Source of the DNA: a bacterium
GTDB taxonomy: Bacteria > Bacillota_I > Bacilli_A > RF39 > UBA660
Length of the DNA stretch: 64,000 nucleotides
NCBI GenBank assembly: GCA_044432745.1
Contig: JAWXUH010000001.1
Span: 114,760 to 178,759 of the forward strand
Direction of reading: 5' to 3'
The position numbers were made by a program, and so were the translations under genes. Position 1 is the first letter of the stretch. Each line of letters starts with the position of its first letter. Positions 10,595 through 18,239 of the stretch are shown here, piece by piece. A model generated the notes under the pieces. That model made no database searches. It worked only from the letters and a program-made list of their open reading frames with translations, and was not told the origin of the DNA.

Positions 10595-10620
10595 AAAAAC
10601 TCTAAAATAGAGTTTTTTTT
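10595..10620 (-). terminator. putative stem-loop/terminator at 3' end of greA
   Basis: aaaaactcta-aaa-tagagttttt forms a 10-bp stem overlapping the greA stop codon. The T-tract is displaced by ~13 nt, so it is non-canonical. Confidence 0.3.
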
Positions 10621-11083
10621 ATGCAACTTTTGTAATTTCTACACTATATATTCCATTTGGACTTTCAATATTAACATTGTCTCCTACTTTGTGATTTAAT
10701 AATGCACTTCCTAGTGGTGATTCGTTTGATATTTTGTTATTAAATAGATCAGTTTCTACTGAACTTACTATTTTATATTCTTCTTCTTCTCCATCTTCAT
10801 ATTTTATGCCTACTATTGATCCTAGACCAACTTTACCTGTATTTTTTACTGATTTTGCAATTTCACAATGATCTAATTTATATTCTAAATCTTTTATTTT
10901 AGCTTCAATTCTAGCTTGTTCATTTCTTGCTGCATCATAATCAGCGTTTTCCGATAAATCTCCCATTGCTCTTGCTTCTTTCAATGCAATGATAACTTCA
11001 GGTCTTCTTATTGTTTTAAGTTCATTTAATTCTGCTTCAAGTTCTAAAAAACCTTCAGATGTTAATACACATTTATCTTTCAT
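10619..11083 (-). CDS. greA: transcription elongation factor GreA
   Basis: 154 aa. N-terminal coiled-coil with acidic tip (MGDLSENADYDAA), and a C-terminal FKBP-like domain. Confidence 0.85.
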   Translation of the reverse strand: MKDKCVLTSEGFLELEAELNELKTIRRPEVIIALKEARAMGDLSENADYDAARNEQARIEAKIKDLEYKLDHCEIAKSVKNTGKVGLGSIVGIKYEDGEEEEYKIVSSVETDLFNNKISNESPLGSALLNHKVGDNVNIESPNGIYSVEITKVA

Positions 11084-11124
11084 ATTAATTTTCTCCTTTT
11101 TTGGTTATATTTTATAACGATATA

Positions 11125-11153
11125 AATTTTACTACAAAATGGTTTTTATGTCA
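11125..11153 (-). promoter_or_regulatory. sigma-A-type promoter for greA (TTGACA-17-TAAAAT)
   Basis: Minus-strand reading: TTGACA, then a 17-nt spacer, then TAAAAT. It lies ~40 nt upstream of the greA RBS AAAAAAGGAGAAA. Confidence 0.45.
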
Positions 11154-11178
11154 AATTTTATTTATAACTTTATTTTAT

Positions 11179-11946
11179 TTACTTTTTTTTAGTATATAAT
11201 GTATTTTCTAATTCTTGATTAATTATATTTAATTTTTCTTCGAATTCATCTAACTTTCCTTCTACATATAATCTAATACAAATATTCATTACAACTGAAT
11301 ATAATTGCATCTTATTTCTTTCTAATATTTTTGCTATTTTTGCAATAACTTCTTTTGTAATAAGTACAGAATTATATTCAAAATCTATATGATACTTTAC
11401 TTTTGTTTCATATGCAGTTTCATTTTTATTAAAACAACTTTCGTATGTGGCATTAGTAGCATACTTTATCTCACCTAAATAAGATACTAATATTTCTGTA
11501 TTTTCTATTTCCATTTTCAATAACAATTCTTCAATTTTTTTTCTAAACTCTGTTTTTCTTGTTAAATTAATACCATGAACTTTTAATTTATCTATGTCTC
11601 CATTATAAATTGTTATGTATTTTATTGGTAAATATTTATATATTAATACAATTAATTCTTCTTCACTCATTTTTTCTTTATTTTCTTCTAATATTCTTAT
11701 TAATAAATCAAATTGTTGTTTTGTATCATCGTATCTTTCTAATACCTTTTCTTCACTCAATATTCTTATTTGCTCAGTTATCTGCGGTTCTTCAGTTTTT
11801 AAAAATCTTAACATTCCTTCAAAACTTTTCTTTGTTATATTATGTTCTTCACAAAAATCTTCAATATATAGGTAGTCTCCTTTAATATATTCTAATCCCA
11901 TTTTTTTTCTATTCAATCTTTTGATATTTTTACTATTTCCTTGCAT
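11179..11946 (-). CDS. hypothetical protein, tandem paralog 1 (all-helical; possible N-terminal HTH-like segment)
   Basis: 255 aa. Shares clear motifs with the adjacent 252-aa ORF: YLYxExFC...NI, RYDDxK, LxVLI, GINLxRKTExxxKIEELxxKMExEN, KEVI and YxEGxL. Confidence 0.5.
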   Translation of the reverse strand: MQGNSKNIKRLNRKKMGLEYIKGDYLYIEDFCEEHNITKKSFEGMLRFLKTEEPQITEQIRILSEEKVLERYDDTKQQFDLLIRILEENKEKMSEEELIVLIYKYLPIKYITIYNGDIDKLKVHGINLTRKTEFRKKIEELLLKMEIENTEILVSYLGEIKYATNATYESCFNKNETAYETKVKYHIDFEYNSVLITKEVIAKIAKILERNKMQLYSVVMNICIRLYVEGKLDEFEEKLNIINQELENTLYTKKK

Positions 11947-11966
11947 TATTTTATTTCTCTTTTCTT

Positions 11967-12725
11967 CTATCTTTCTTTACCTTGTTCATTACTTTCTATT
12001 ATAAAGAAGGTTTCTTTGTATTTTTCTAAATTTCCCTCCGCATATATATTAATCAATAATCTTACAATATATAGATTCATTGGAATTTTTGCTTCATTAC
12101 AAAAATCTAAAACATTTTTTATTACTTCCTTATTTATTAAAATATTATTTAATTCGTAATCGTAAATTAAAGAACTTATTAATAAGTGTTTATTATTTGG
12201 TTTTTCCATATTCATTCCAACTATTAACGAAGAAGTAAAGTTATTTTCGTATAAAAAATTCATTAATATAGAATAATTTTCCAATTCCATTTTTTTTACT
12301 AACTCTTCTATCTTTTCTTTTATTTCTGTTTTTCTTTCTAAATTTATTCCATATTCCTTTAATAATATAATATCTTCACAATACTTAAATACGTAATTCA
12401 TTGGCATTTTTTTTATTATCAATACCAATAACTCATTTGTAGTTAATATATCTTCTTGTTCTTTTATTATATTTATTATTTGATAAAATTTATTTTTGGC
12501 ATCATCGTATCTTGATAATATTTCTTTTCTATTTTTTTCTTCTAATGATTTTATAATGTCTGAATTTCTCTTCTTTAATGCAGATATTATTACTGACATT
12601 TTTTGTTTTTCTATATTTTTATTACAACAAAATTCTTCTAAATATAAATATTGACTATTTATATATTCTTGTATCATTTCTTCTTGTTCTTCCCTTGTTA
12701 ACTTCTGATTCATTTTTGTACTCAC
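11967..12725 (-). CDS. hypothetical protein, tandem paralog 2
   Basis: 252 aa. Paralog of the 11179..11946 ORF, separated from it by 20 nt; roughly 35-45% identity by eye. Confidence 0.5.
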   Translation of the reverse strand: MSTKMNQKLTREEQEEMIQEYINSQYLYLEEFCCNKNIEKQKMSVIISALKKRNSDIIKSLEEKNRKEILSRYDDAKNKFYQIINIIKEQEDILTTNELLVLIIKKMPMNYVFKYCEDIILLKEYGINLERKTEIKEKIEELVKKMELENYSILMNFLYENNFTSSLIVGMNMEKPNNKHLLISSLIYDYELNNILINKEVIKNVLDFCNEAKIPMNLYIVRLLINIYAEGNLEKYKETFFIIESNEQGKER

Positions 12726-12837
12726 TTCTCTTCCTTTTTAAGTATTAGTTACATTACATTACATTTTTTTATATGTCAAGTTAAAATATGTAAAGAATAT
12801 GTTAAAAAAGGGTTTTTGTTTTTTTTTACTTAATTTA

Positions 12838-12848
12838 CATGATATAAT
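12838..12848 (+). promoter_or_regulatory. extended -10 promoter (TGaTATAAT) upstream of the Hpt-REC gene
   Basis: TGATATAAT lies 24 nt upstream of the ATG, followed by the RBS AAAGGTAGGAA. The -35 element is weak. Confidence 0.3.
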
Positions 12849-12871
12849 TGTTCTAAAGGTAGGAATGAATA

Positions 12872-13618
12872 ATGAAAAATATTAATTTTTTAAAAGATCA
12901 CGGAGTTGATGTTGAAAAAAGTATCGAATTATTTGGTGATATCGAACTTTATAATAGTACTATAGAAGATTTCTTAGACGGGATAGATGTTAAAATAGAA
13001 AGACTTAAAACTTTTAAAGGTAATAGTGAAATAGCTAACTATGCTATATTTGCTCACTCTGTTAAAAGTGATGCTAGATATTTAGGTTTTGATTCAGTAG
13101 CTGCTATTGCACTAGAACATGAACTTGCAGGTAAAGATGGTAATGAAAAATTCATTAATGAAAATTACGATAATTTTTGTGAAGCAATTAATCAAATGAT
13201 TAAAGTTTCATCTGATTATTTAAATGATAATGATTGCGAAGATAATATTATTAAGAAAAACATAGTTGTAGTTGATGATGCACCTTTAATAACTAATATT
13301 GTAAAAAATTCATTAGAATCGAAATTTAATTTAGTTATTTTTAATAACTCTAAAGAAGCAGCTGATTATATACTTAATAATAAAGATAACATTGATGTGC
13401 TATTATTAGATTTAAATATGCCAGAACTTGATGGTTTTGATATTTTAAAACTTATGCATACTAATAATCTTTTCCAAAATATTAAAGTATCAATTATCAC
13501 TGGTGATGAAAGTAAAGAAACTATAGATAAGGCATTCATGTATCCTATTATAGATATGTTAAATAAACCGTTTAGTGTAGAAAATCTTAAAACTGTTATT
13601 GATAAAACATTACAATAA
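12872..13618 (+). CDS. Hpt-domain / CheY-like receiver fusion protein (phosphorelay protein without an output domain)
   Basis: 248 aa. The N-terminus carries an Hpt-like four-helix motif FAHSVKSDARYLGFDSVAAIALEHELAGK. The C-terminal REC domain has VVVDD, LLLDLNMP, SIITG and NKPF. Confidence 0.7.
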   Translation: MKNINFLKDHGVDVEKSIELFGDIELYNSTIEDFLDGIDVKIERLKTFKGNSEIANYAIFAHSVKSDARYLGFDSVAAIALEHELAGKDGNEKFINENYDNFCEAINQMIKVSSDYLNDNDCEDNIIKKNIVVVDDAPLITNIVKNSLESKFNLVIFNNSKEAADYILNNKDNIDVLLLDLNMPELDGFDILKLMHTNNLFQNIKVSIITGDESKETIDKAFMYPIIDMLNKPFSVENLKTVIDKTLQ

Positions 13619-13654
13619 AAAAAAGTAATTCTTTAAAAATATTACTTTTTTTTA
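13619..13654. terminator. bidirectional rho-independent terminator between convergent genes
   Basis: aaaaaagtaat ... attactttttt forms a perfect 11-bp stem, flanked by A/T runs on both sides. It sits between the plus-gene stop (13618) and the minus-gene stop (13652). Confidence 0.5.
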
Positions 13655-14824
13655 TTGTATAGATATTCTCATAAAATCATTTTCTTTTAATTCGAAATCT
13701 ACTTTTACTTTTATTATCATTTTAGGATGATTTGCTATTTCAATTAAATTATCATCTTTATCAAATATTTCATTTACGGTATATTCATTTATTTCAAATT
13801 TTGGATTAAAGAATTGAACTTTATCTCCTTTTTTAAAATAATTTCTTTGTTCTAATGTAACCATACCTGAATCTTTATCATATTCTTTTACTATTGCAAG
13901 AAAATCCTTATTAGTTTCTTCTGTTCTACCAAAGAAATACTGATCTGTTTCATCTGGTAAATTATTAAAAAATTGAGCTTTAGATTCTCTATTTGCTACC
14001 CTATTTAATATCTTTAAGAAATATTCTTGATCTTCTTTAGTTAATTTATTTTCACTTACTAAATCAAAGATTTTTCTATATACTCCTACTACTGTAGCTA
14101 AATAATATACAGATCTCATTCTTCCTTCTATTTTATAAGATACAACTCCTAAAGAAAACATTTCTTGAATATTTTCAATCATGTTTAAATCTTTACTCAT
14201 CATTGAAAATTCAGGATTTTCTTTATTTTTAAAACACCATCTACATACCTGTGCACATCCGCCTCTATTTGCGTCTCTAAGCGTTGTTTTATTTGATAAT
14301 AAACATTTACCCGAAAAACTTGTGCACATTGCTCCATGAACAAATACTTCTGCTTCTACTCCAGTATTTTCTATTACCCTTTTTATTTCTTCTTTGTCAC
14401 ATTCTCTTCCTAGCACGACTCTCTTAACTCCAAGAGATTGCCAGAATGCCACGTTGTATTCATTTATTGAACTAGCTTGAGTAGATAATACTATAAATAA
14501 ATCTAGTTCATTTTCTTTTATCATATCTACTACTGCTATATCACTTACTATAACACCATCTATTTTTATTTCTTCTAAATACTTTAAATATTCTAATAAA
14601 CCTTCAAAATCTTCATCATGAAATACTATATTTACTGTTATATATACTTTCTTATTAAGTGCGTGTGCAAAATCTACTGCTTCTTTTAATTCTTCTAAAG
14701 AAAAATTTGTAGCATTTGCTCTTAGAGAAAAATTTCTTCCACCTATATATACTGCATCTGCTCCATATAGCAATGCTATTTTTAATTTTTCTAGATCTTT
14801 TGCAGGTGCTAACAATTCTCTCAT
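13652..14824 (-). CDS. peptidase U32 family protein (YrrO/TrhP-like, tRNA U34 5-hydroxylation-associated)
   Basis: 390 aa. U32 N-terminal motif LEKLKIALLYGADAVYIGG. Contains the Cys-rich segment CAQVCRWC. Synteny with the B. subtilis yrrM-yrrN-yrrO cluster. Confidence 0.8.
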   Translation of the reverse strand: MRELLAPAKDLEKLKIALLYGADAVYIGGRNFSLRANATNFSLEELKEAVDFAHALNKKVYITVNIVFHDEDFEGLLEYLKYLEEIKIDGVIVSDIAVVDMIKENELDLFIVLSTQASSINEYNVAFWQSLGVKRVVLGRECDKEEIKRVIENTGVEAEVFVHGAMCTSFSGKCLLSNKTTLRDANRGGCAQVCRWCFKNKENPEFSMMSKDLNMIENIQEMFSLGVVSYKIEGRMRSVYYLATVVGVYRKIFDLVSENKLTKEDQEYFLKILNRVANRESKAQFFNNLPDETDQYFFGRTEETNKDFLAIVKEYDKDSGMVTLEQRNYFKKGDKVQFFNPKFEINEYTVNEIFDKDDNLIEIANHPKMIIKVKVDFELKENDFMRISIQ

Positions 14825-15594
14825 TTAACATCACCACCCTTTACTTTATAAAATGTTTTTCTACTTAAGAAACTATCTGTTGTTTCATAGTCATTGTTAA
14901 AAAATTTCTCTGCTCCTATTTCAAATAAATTAATAATCATATATTTAAATTCTTTTTCAAATTTTAGTTCTAAACATGAAAATATATCTTTGTCGTAAAT
15001 AACTGTTCCATATTCATTTTCATTTACTATAAATTTAAAATTTGTATTTTCTATATTTAAATTATTTTCAAAATTTATTTTGTAATTTGTAGCGTAATTT
15101 GTATTTAACAACCTTCTTGAATAAGATAGTGGCATATGTCCAAAAGCATGGATACATATTTCTTTATCTGCTTTATTTAATATGTTGTCTATTTCTTCTT
15201 TTGTTATATCACTTGACAATGCGCATGAATCAAAATACCTTAAATAAGTATTTATACTCTTTGAACTTGTTAAAATATGACTCGATGAAAATATTTTTTC
15301 GATATTAATATTTTTTGTTATTTCATATATTCCTAAATCTTCAAATATAATCCCAACAATGTTTGATGGTAAATTTAACAATAATATTTTTAACTGATCC
15401 AAATCACTAGAAGTAAGCAACCTATTTATATATAAATATGAGTTAGGTGTAGTAATATCATCTATTTCAAAATAAGAATTGAAACCAACAGAAAAAAACT
15501 TAATAGGATATAAAATTTTGCATCCTTTAAGTTTCTCTAAATCTTTATTATCATTTGGTATAAATATATAATTATTCATTTGTCTTTCTTTCAC
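14821..15594 (-). CDS. peptidase U32-related protein (YrrN-like partner, degenerate)
   Basis: 257 aa. Weak U32-like N-terminus DLEKLKGCKILY. ATGA overlap with the downstream U32 gene. Positional equivalence to yrrN. Confidence 0.45.
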   Translation of the reverse strand: MKERQMNNYIFIPNDNKDLEKLKGCKILYPIKFFSVGFNSYFEIDDITTPNSYLYINRLLTSSDLDQLKILLLNLPSNIVGIIFEDLGIYEITKNINIEKIFSSSHILTSSKSINTYLRYFDSCALSSDITKEEIDNILNKADKEICIHAFGHMPLSYSRRLLNTNYATNYKINFENNLNIENTNFKFIVNENEYGTVIYDKDIFSCLELKFEKEFKYMIINLFEIGAEKFFNNDYETTDSFLSRKTFYKVKGGDVK

Positions 15595-16168
15595 TTACTG
15601 AAATTCCATCTCCAATATTATAAAATTCAGTATTAAATGTTGGATTATCTTTTAAAAATTCAATATATCTTTCTAATTTTTCAACTAAACCTCTAAGATT
15701 TTTACTTTCTATACTTTTTGAATTACCTGTATATCCATGGAATTTTATATTATCAGATACTATAACTCCACCAGGTGCCAAGAAATGTTGAAATTTTTCA
15801 AAGAAATTTACGTATTGTCCTTTTGCTGCATCTATAAATATTAAATCATATTTAATATCTTCAGATAAATTTATTTCTAATGCATCTTGATATACTACAT
15901 TTATCTTACTTTCTAAACCACATTTTTTAACATTTTTTAGACACTCCATATATCTTACTTCGTCTCTTTCAATTGTTGTTACATTAGTTTCTTTATTACT
16001 ACTTGCCATTAATATAGCTGAGTAACCTATTGCACTTCCTATTTCTAAAATATTTTTTACATTTTTTGTCTTTATGTACTTCATTAGAAAAGTGATTGAC
16101 TCCTTTTCTATTATAGGTACATTTTTAAGGGAGGCATACTCCTCCATTTCCATTATTAATTCTTTCAT
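15572..16168 (-). CDS. trmR: class I SAM-dependent O-methyltransferase (COMT family; TrmR/YrrM-like tRNA 5-hydroxyuridine methyltransferase)
   Basis: 198 aa. SAM motif I ILEIGSAIGYSAILMA and an acidic motif IFIDAAK. Sits between mltG and the U32 genes, as in B. subtilis. Confidence 0.65.
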   Translation of the reverse strand: MKELIMEMEEYASLKNVPIIEKESITFLMKYIKTKNVKNILEIGSAIGYSAILMASSNKETNVTTIERDEVRYMECLKNVKKCGLESKINVVYQDALEINLSEDIKYDLIFIDAAKGQYVNFFEKFQHFLAPGGVIVSDNIKFHGYTGNSKSIESKNLRGLVEKLERYIEFLKDNPTFNTEFYNIGDGISVSERKTNE

Positions 16169-16184
16169 TTTTTACTTCTCCTTT

Positions 16185-17225
16185 TTAACTATGTTTAAAA
16201 TCCAGAAAATCAGCGTATGTAGTGAAAAAATACACTACACCTGTTTCCTCACATGCAATGAAATACACGTAATCATTTTCTCCTGGATATATTGCTGCTT
16301 CTATTGACTCAAGTGATGGATTACATATAGCTCCTACTGGTAATCCAAAGAATGTTGATATACGCGTGTTATATCCATTTTCGTCAGCAAGGCCATTATC
16401 ATAAGTGATTTCCTCGCTCATGTCAAGTTGCGCACCATAATATGATGTTACATCCATCCCTAAAGTCATATTTATTTCAAGTCTTGTATATACAACTTGA
16501 GCTACATCTTCTCTATCTTCTTTACTGTTAGCTTCAAGCTCACTTATCGATGCTAGAGTTATTATTTCATGCATTGTGTGTCCAGTTGCTTCTATAGCTG
16601 GTATATGTTCTAATAATTTTTTATTAGTATTTTCTACCATTTTTTCAATAATTGTTTCTATCGATGCATCTTTATAAAAACTATATGTGTCTGGAAATAA
16701 ATATCCTTCCAAGGCATAATATATGTCTTCACCTAGTATTTCATCTGTTAGTATTTCATATTTATCAATTAAATAATTTAAAAATTCAGTATCATTTATA
16801 ACTTCTATTACTTCATCATATTCATAACCAAAATTATTGGCAATTACTCTTGCATATTCTGTAACTCTTTTTCCTTCTATAAATGTAACTGATGCCGTAT
16901 CATTTATAGAATTTCCTTGTTGTATTTCTCCTATTATGTCTACTGCGCTCATTGATCTATCTAGTTCATAGTAACCTGCCATTAAGTCAGCACTATAATC
17001 TAAGTATAAATAAACTTTTAACGATAAACTATTTTTTATTATACCTGCTTCATATAAATTTTCTATTATCTGAACTTTACCTGTTCCTTCAGTTACTGTA
17101 AATCCAACTATGTCTTTCTCATCACTTACTGGTTTTAATCCCAAAATAAGATAAACAACTATTGATAATATAATTATGAATGTAATGATTACTAACCCCA
17201 CTAAATATCTCATTATTTTTTTCAT
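16185..17225 (-). CDS. mltG: endolytic murein transglycosylase MltG (YceG family)
   Basis: 346 aa. N-terminal TM helix followed by a YceG-like domain. Conserved yrzB-yrrL neighbourhood. Confidence 0.85.
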   Translation of the reverse strand: MKKIMRYLVGLVIITFIIILSIVVYLILGLKPVSDEKDIVGFTVTEGTGKVQIIENLYEAGIIKNSLSLKVYLYLDYSADLMAGYYELDRSMSAVDIIGEIQQGNSINDTASVTFIEGKRVTEYARVIANNFGYEYDEVIEVINDTEFLNYLIDKYEILTDEILGEDIYYALEGYLFPDTYSFYKDASIETIIEKMVENTNKKLLEHIPAIEATGHTMHEIITLASISELEANSKEDREDVAQVVYTRLEINMTLGMDVTSYYGAQLDMSEEITYDNGLADENGYNTRISTFFGLPVGAICNPSLESIEAAIYPGENDYVYFIACEETGVVYFFTTYADFLDFKHS

Positions 17226-17467
17226 TATTTACTTCGAAACTTACTTAATATAAGCTTTAAACCTTCTTCCTCTTTTTTATTTACGTTTTTGAATATAGAA
17301 CTTCCAACTTCATATTTACCAAAATATGAAATCAATGCCCCATCACTGTCTTTTTTATTATTAGTATATATCACATACTCAAAATTATCAGAACTTATCG
17401 TCATTAGTACATCATAAACTGTTTTTTTACCATTTTCGTTTTTTAAAGTTATATTATTTTTGCTCAT
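17225..17467 (-). CDS. DUF1292 family small protein (YrzB-like)
   Basis: 80 aa ORF between ruvX and mltG; the conserved position supports a YrzB-like identity. Confidence 0.45.
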   Translation of the reverse strand: MSKNNITLKNENGKKTVYDVLMTISSDNFEYVIYTNNKKDSDGALISYFGKYEVGSSIFKNVNKKEEEGLKLILSKFRSK

Positions 17468-17879
17468 TTGACTTTCTCCTTAAAAAAGTTTCTAAAATCA
17501 AACATGCTGATAATGTATCTACCATTTTTTTACTATCTCTAGTACTTTTTCCATTACCTTCTAAAATTTTATTTGCAAATACACTTGTAAGTCTTTCATC
17601 TACAAATTCAACATCTATTTCAAGTTCTTTAAATTTGGATACTATATAATCGCTTCTATTAGTCGCAAATCCACTACTTCCATCCATATTTAAAGGCTTA
17701 CCTATAACTATTGTTGTTATTTTTTCTTCTTCTATTATTTTTTCTAATTGATTATATAAATATTCATAATCTTCTGTTCTAAATCTAATTGTTTTATAAG
17801 GACATGCTAGTATATTGCTTCTATCTGTTAGCGCAATACCACAAGTTTTTGTCCCTAAATCTAGTGCCATGTATCTCAT
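17454..17879 (-). CDS. ruvX: Holliday junction resolvase-like RNase RuvX (YqgF)
   Basis: 141 aa. N-terminal motif MALDLGTKTCGIALTD matches the YqgF/RuvX family. Confidence 0.85.
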   Translation of the reverse strand: MRYMALDLGTKTCGIALTDRSNILACPYKTIRFRTEDYEYLYNQLEKIIEEEKITTIVIGKPLNMDGSSGFATNRSDYIVSKFKELEIDVEFVDERLTSVFANKILEGNGKSTRDSKKMVDTLSACLILETFLRRKSNEQK

Positions 17880-18145
17880 TATTTACTTAAACTTCCTTTA
17901 ACTATTACCGATAATAAATCAGACTTATTATACTTATTAATTAAATTTCTTGCATTATTATGACTTGTTATATATCCGTCATCGTCTGTTAATAGGTATC
18001 CAACTATTTGAGTAACTGGATCATAACCCTTTTCTTCAAGTGCAAGTGATATTTCTTTTAATTCATATAAAATGATTTCATTAAACAACACTTCTCTAAA
18101 TTCTTCTGCTTTAAATAAGCTAGTTTTATCCATAAAACACCTCAA
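17879..18145 (-). CDS. ireB: IreB family regulatory phosphoprotein (UPF0297/YrzL)
   Basis: 88 aa. Motif GYDPVTQIVGYLLTDDDGYITSHNNARNLI. Sits immediately upstream of ruvX. Confidence 0.7.
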   Translation of the reverse strand: MRCFMDKTSLFKAEEFREVLFNEIILYELKEISLALEEKGYDPVTQIVGYLLTDDDGYITSHNNARNLINKYNKSDLLSVIVKGSLSK

Positions 18146-18211
18146 ATACTTTTATATTTTATCATTTTTTGTCAATTTAATCAACCTATAGACATTTTTA
18201 TCTGTATACAA

Positions 18212-18239
18212 ATAAAAAAGAAAGTATTTATATACTTTC
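18212..18239 (-). terminator. rho-independent terminator of typA
   Basis: Minus-strand GAAAGTAT-ATAA-ATACTTTC forms a perfect 8-bp stem followed by TTTTTT. It overlaps the typA stop codon. Confidence 0.5.

Noticed and set aside
10538-10618. Possible T-box riboswitch upstream of hisS.
   Set aside because: The intergenic region is only 81 nt and is mostly taken up by the greA 3' hairpin. That is far too short for a ~250-nt T-box leader.
14655-14837. 60-aa minus-strand ORF overlapping the 5' end of the U32 peptidase gene and the yrrN-like gene junction.
   Set aside because: It is an alternative frame of a conserved gene with an Arg/Lys-rich low-complexity translation, and is most likely spurious.
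18146-18211. Sigma-A promoter for ireB-ruvX: a TTGACA is present on the minus strand.
   Set aside because: The best -10 candidates (TATAAA/TAAAAT) lie at 13-nt or 8-nt spacing, so they are not convincing. Left uncalled.
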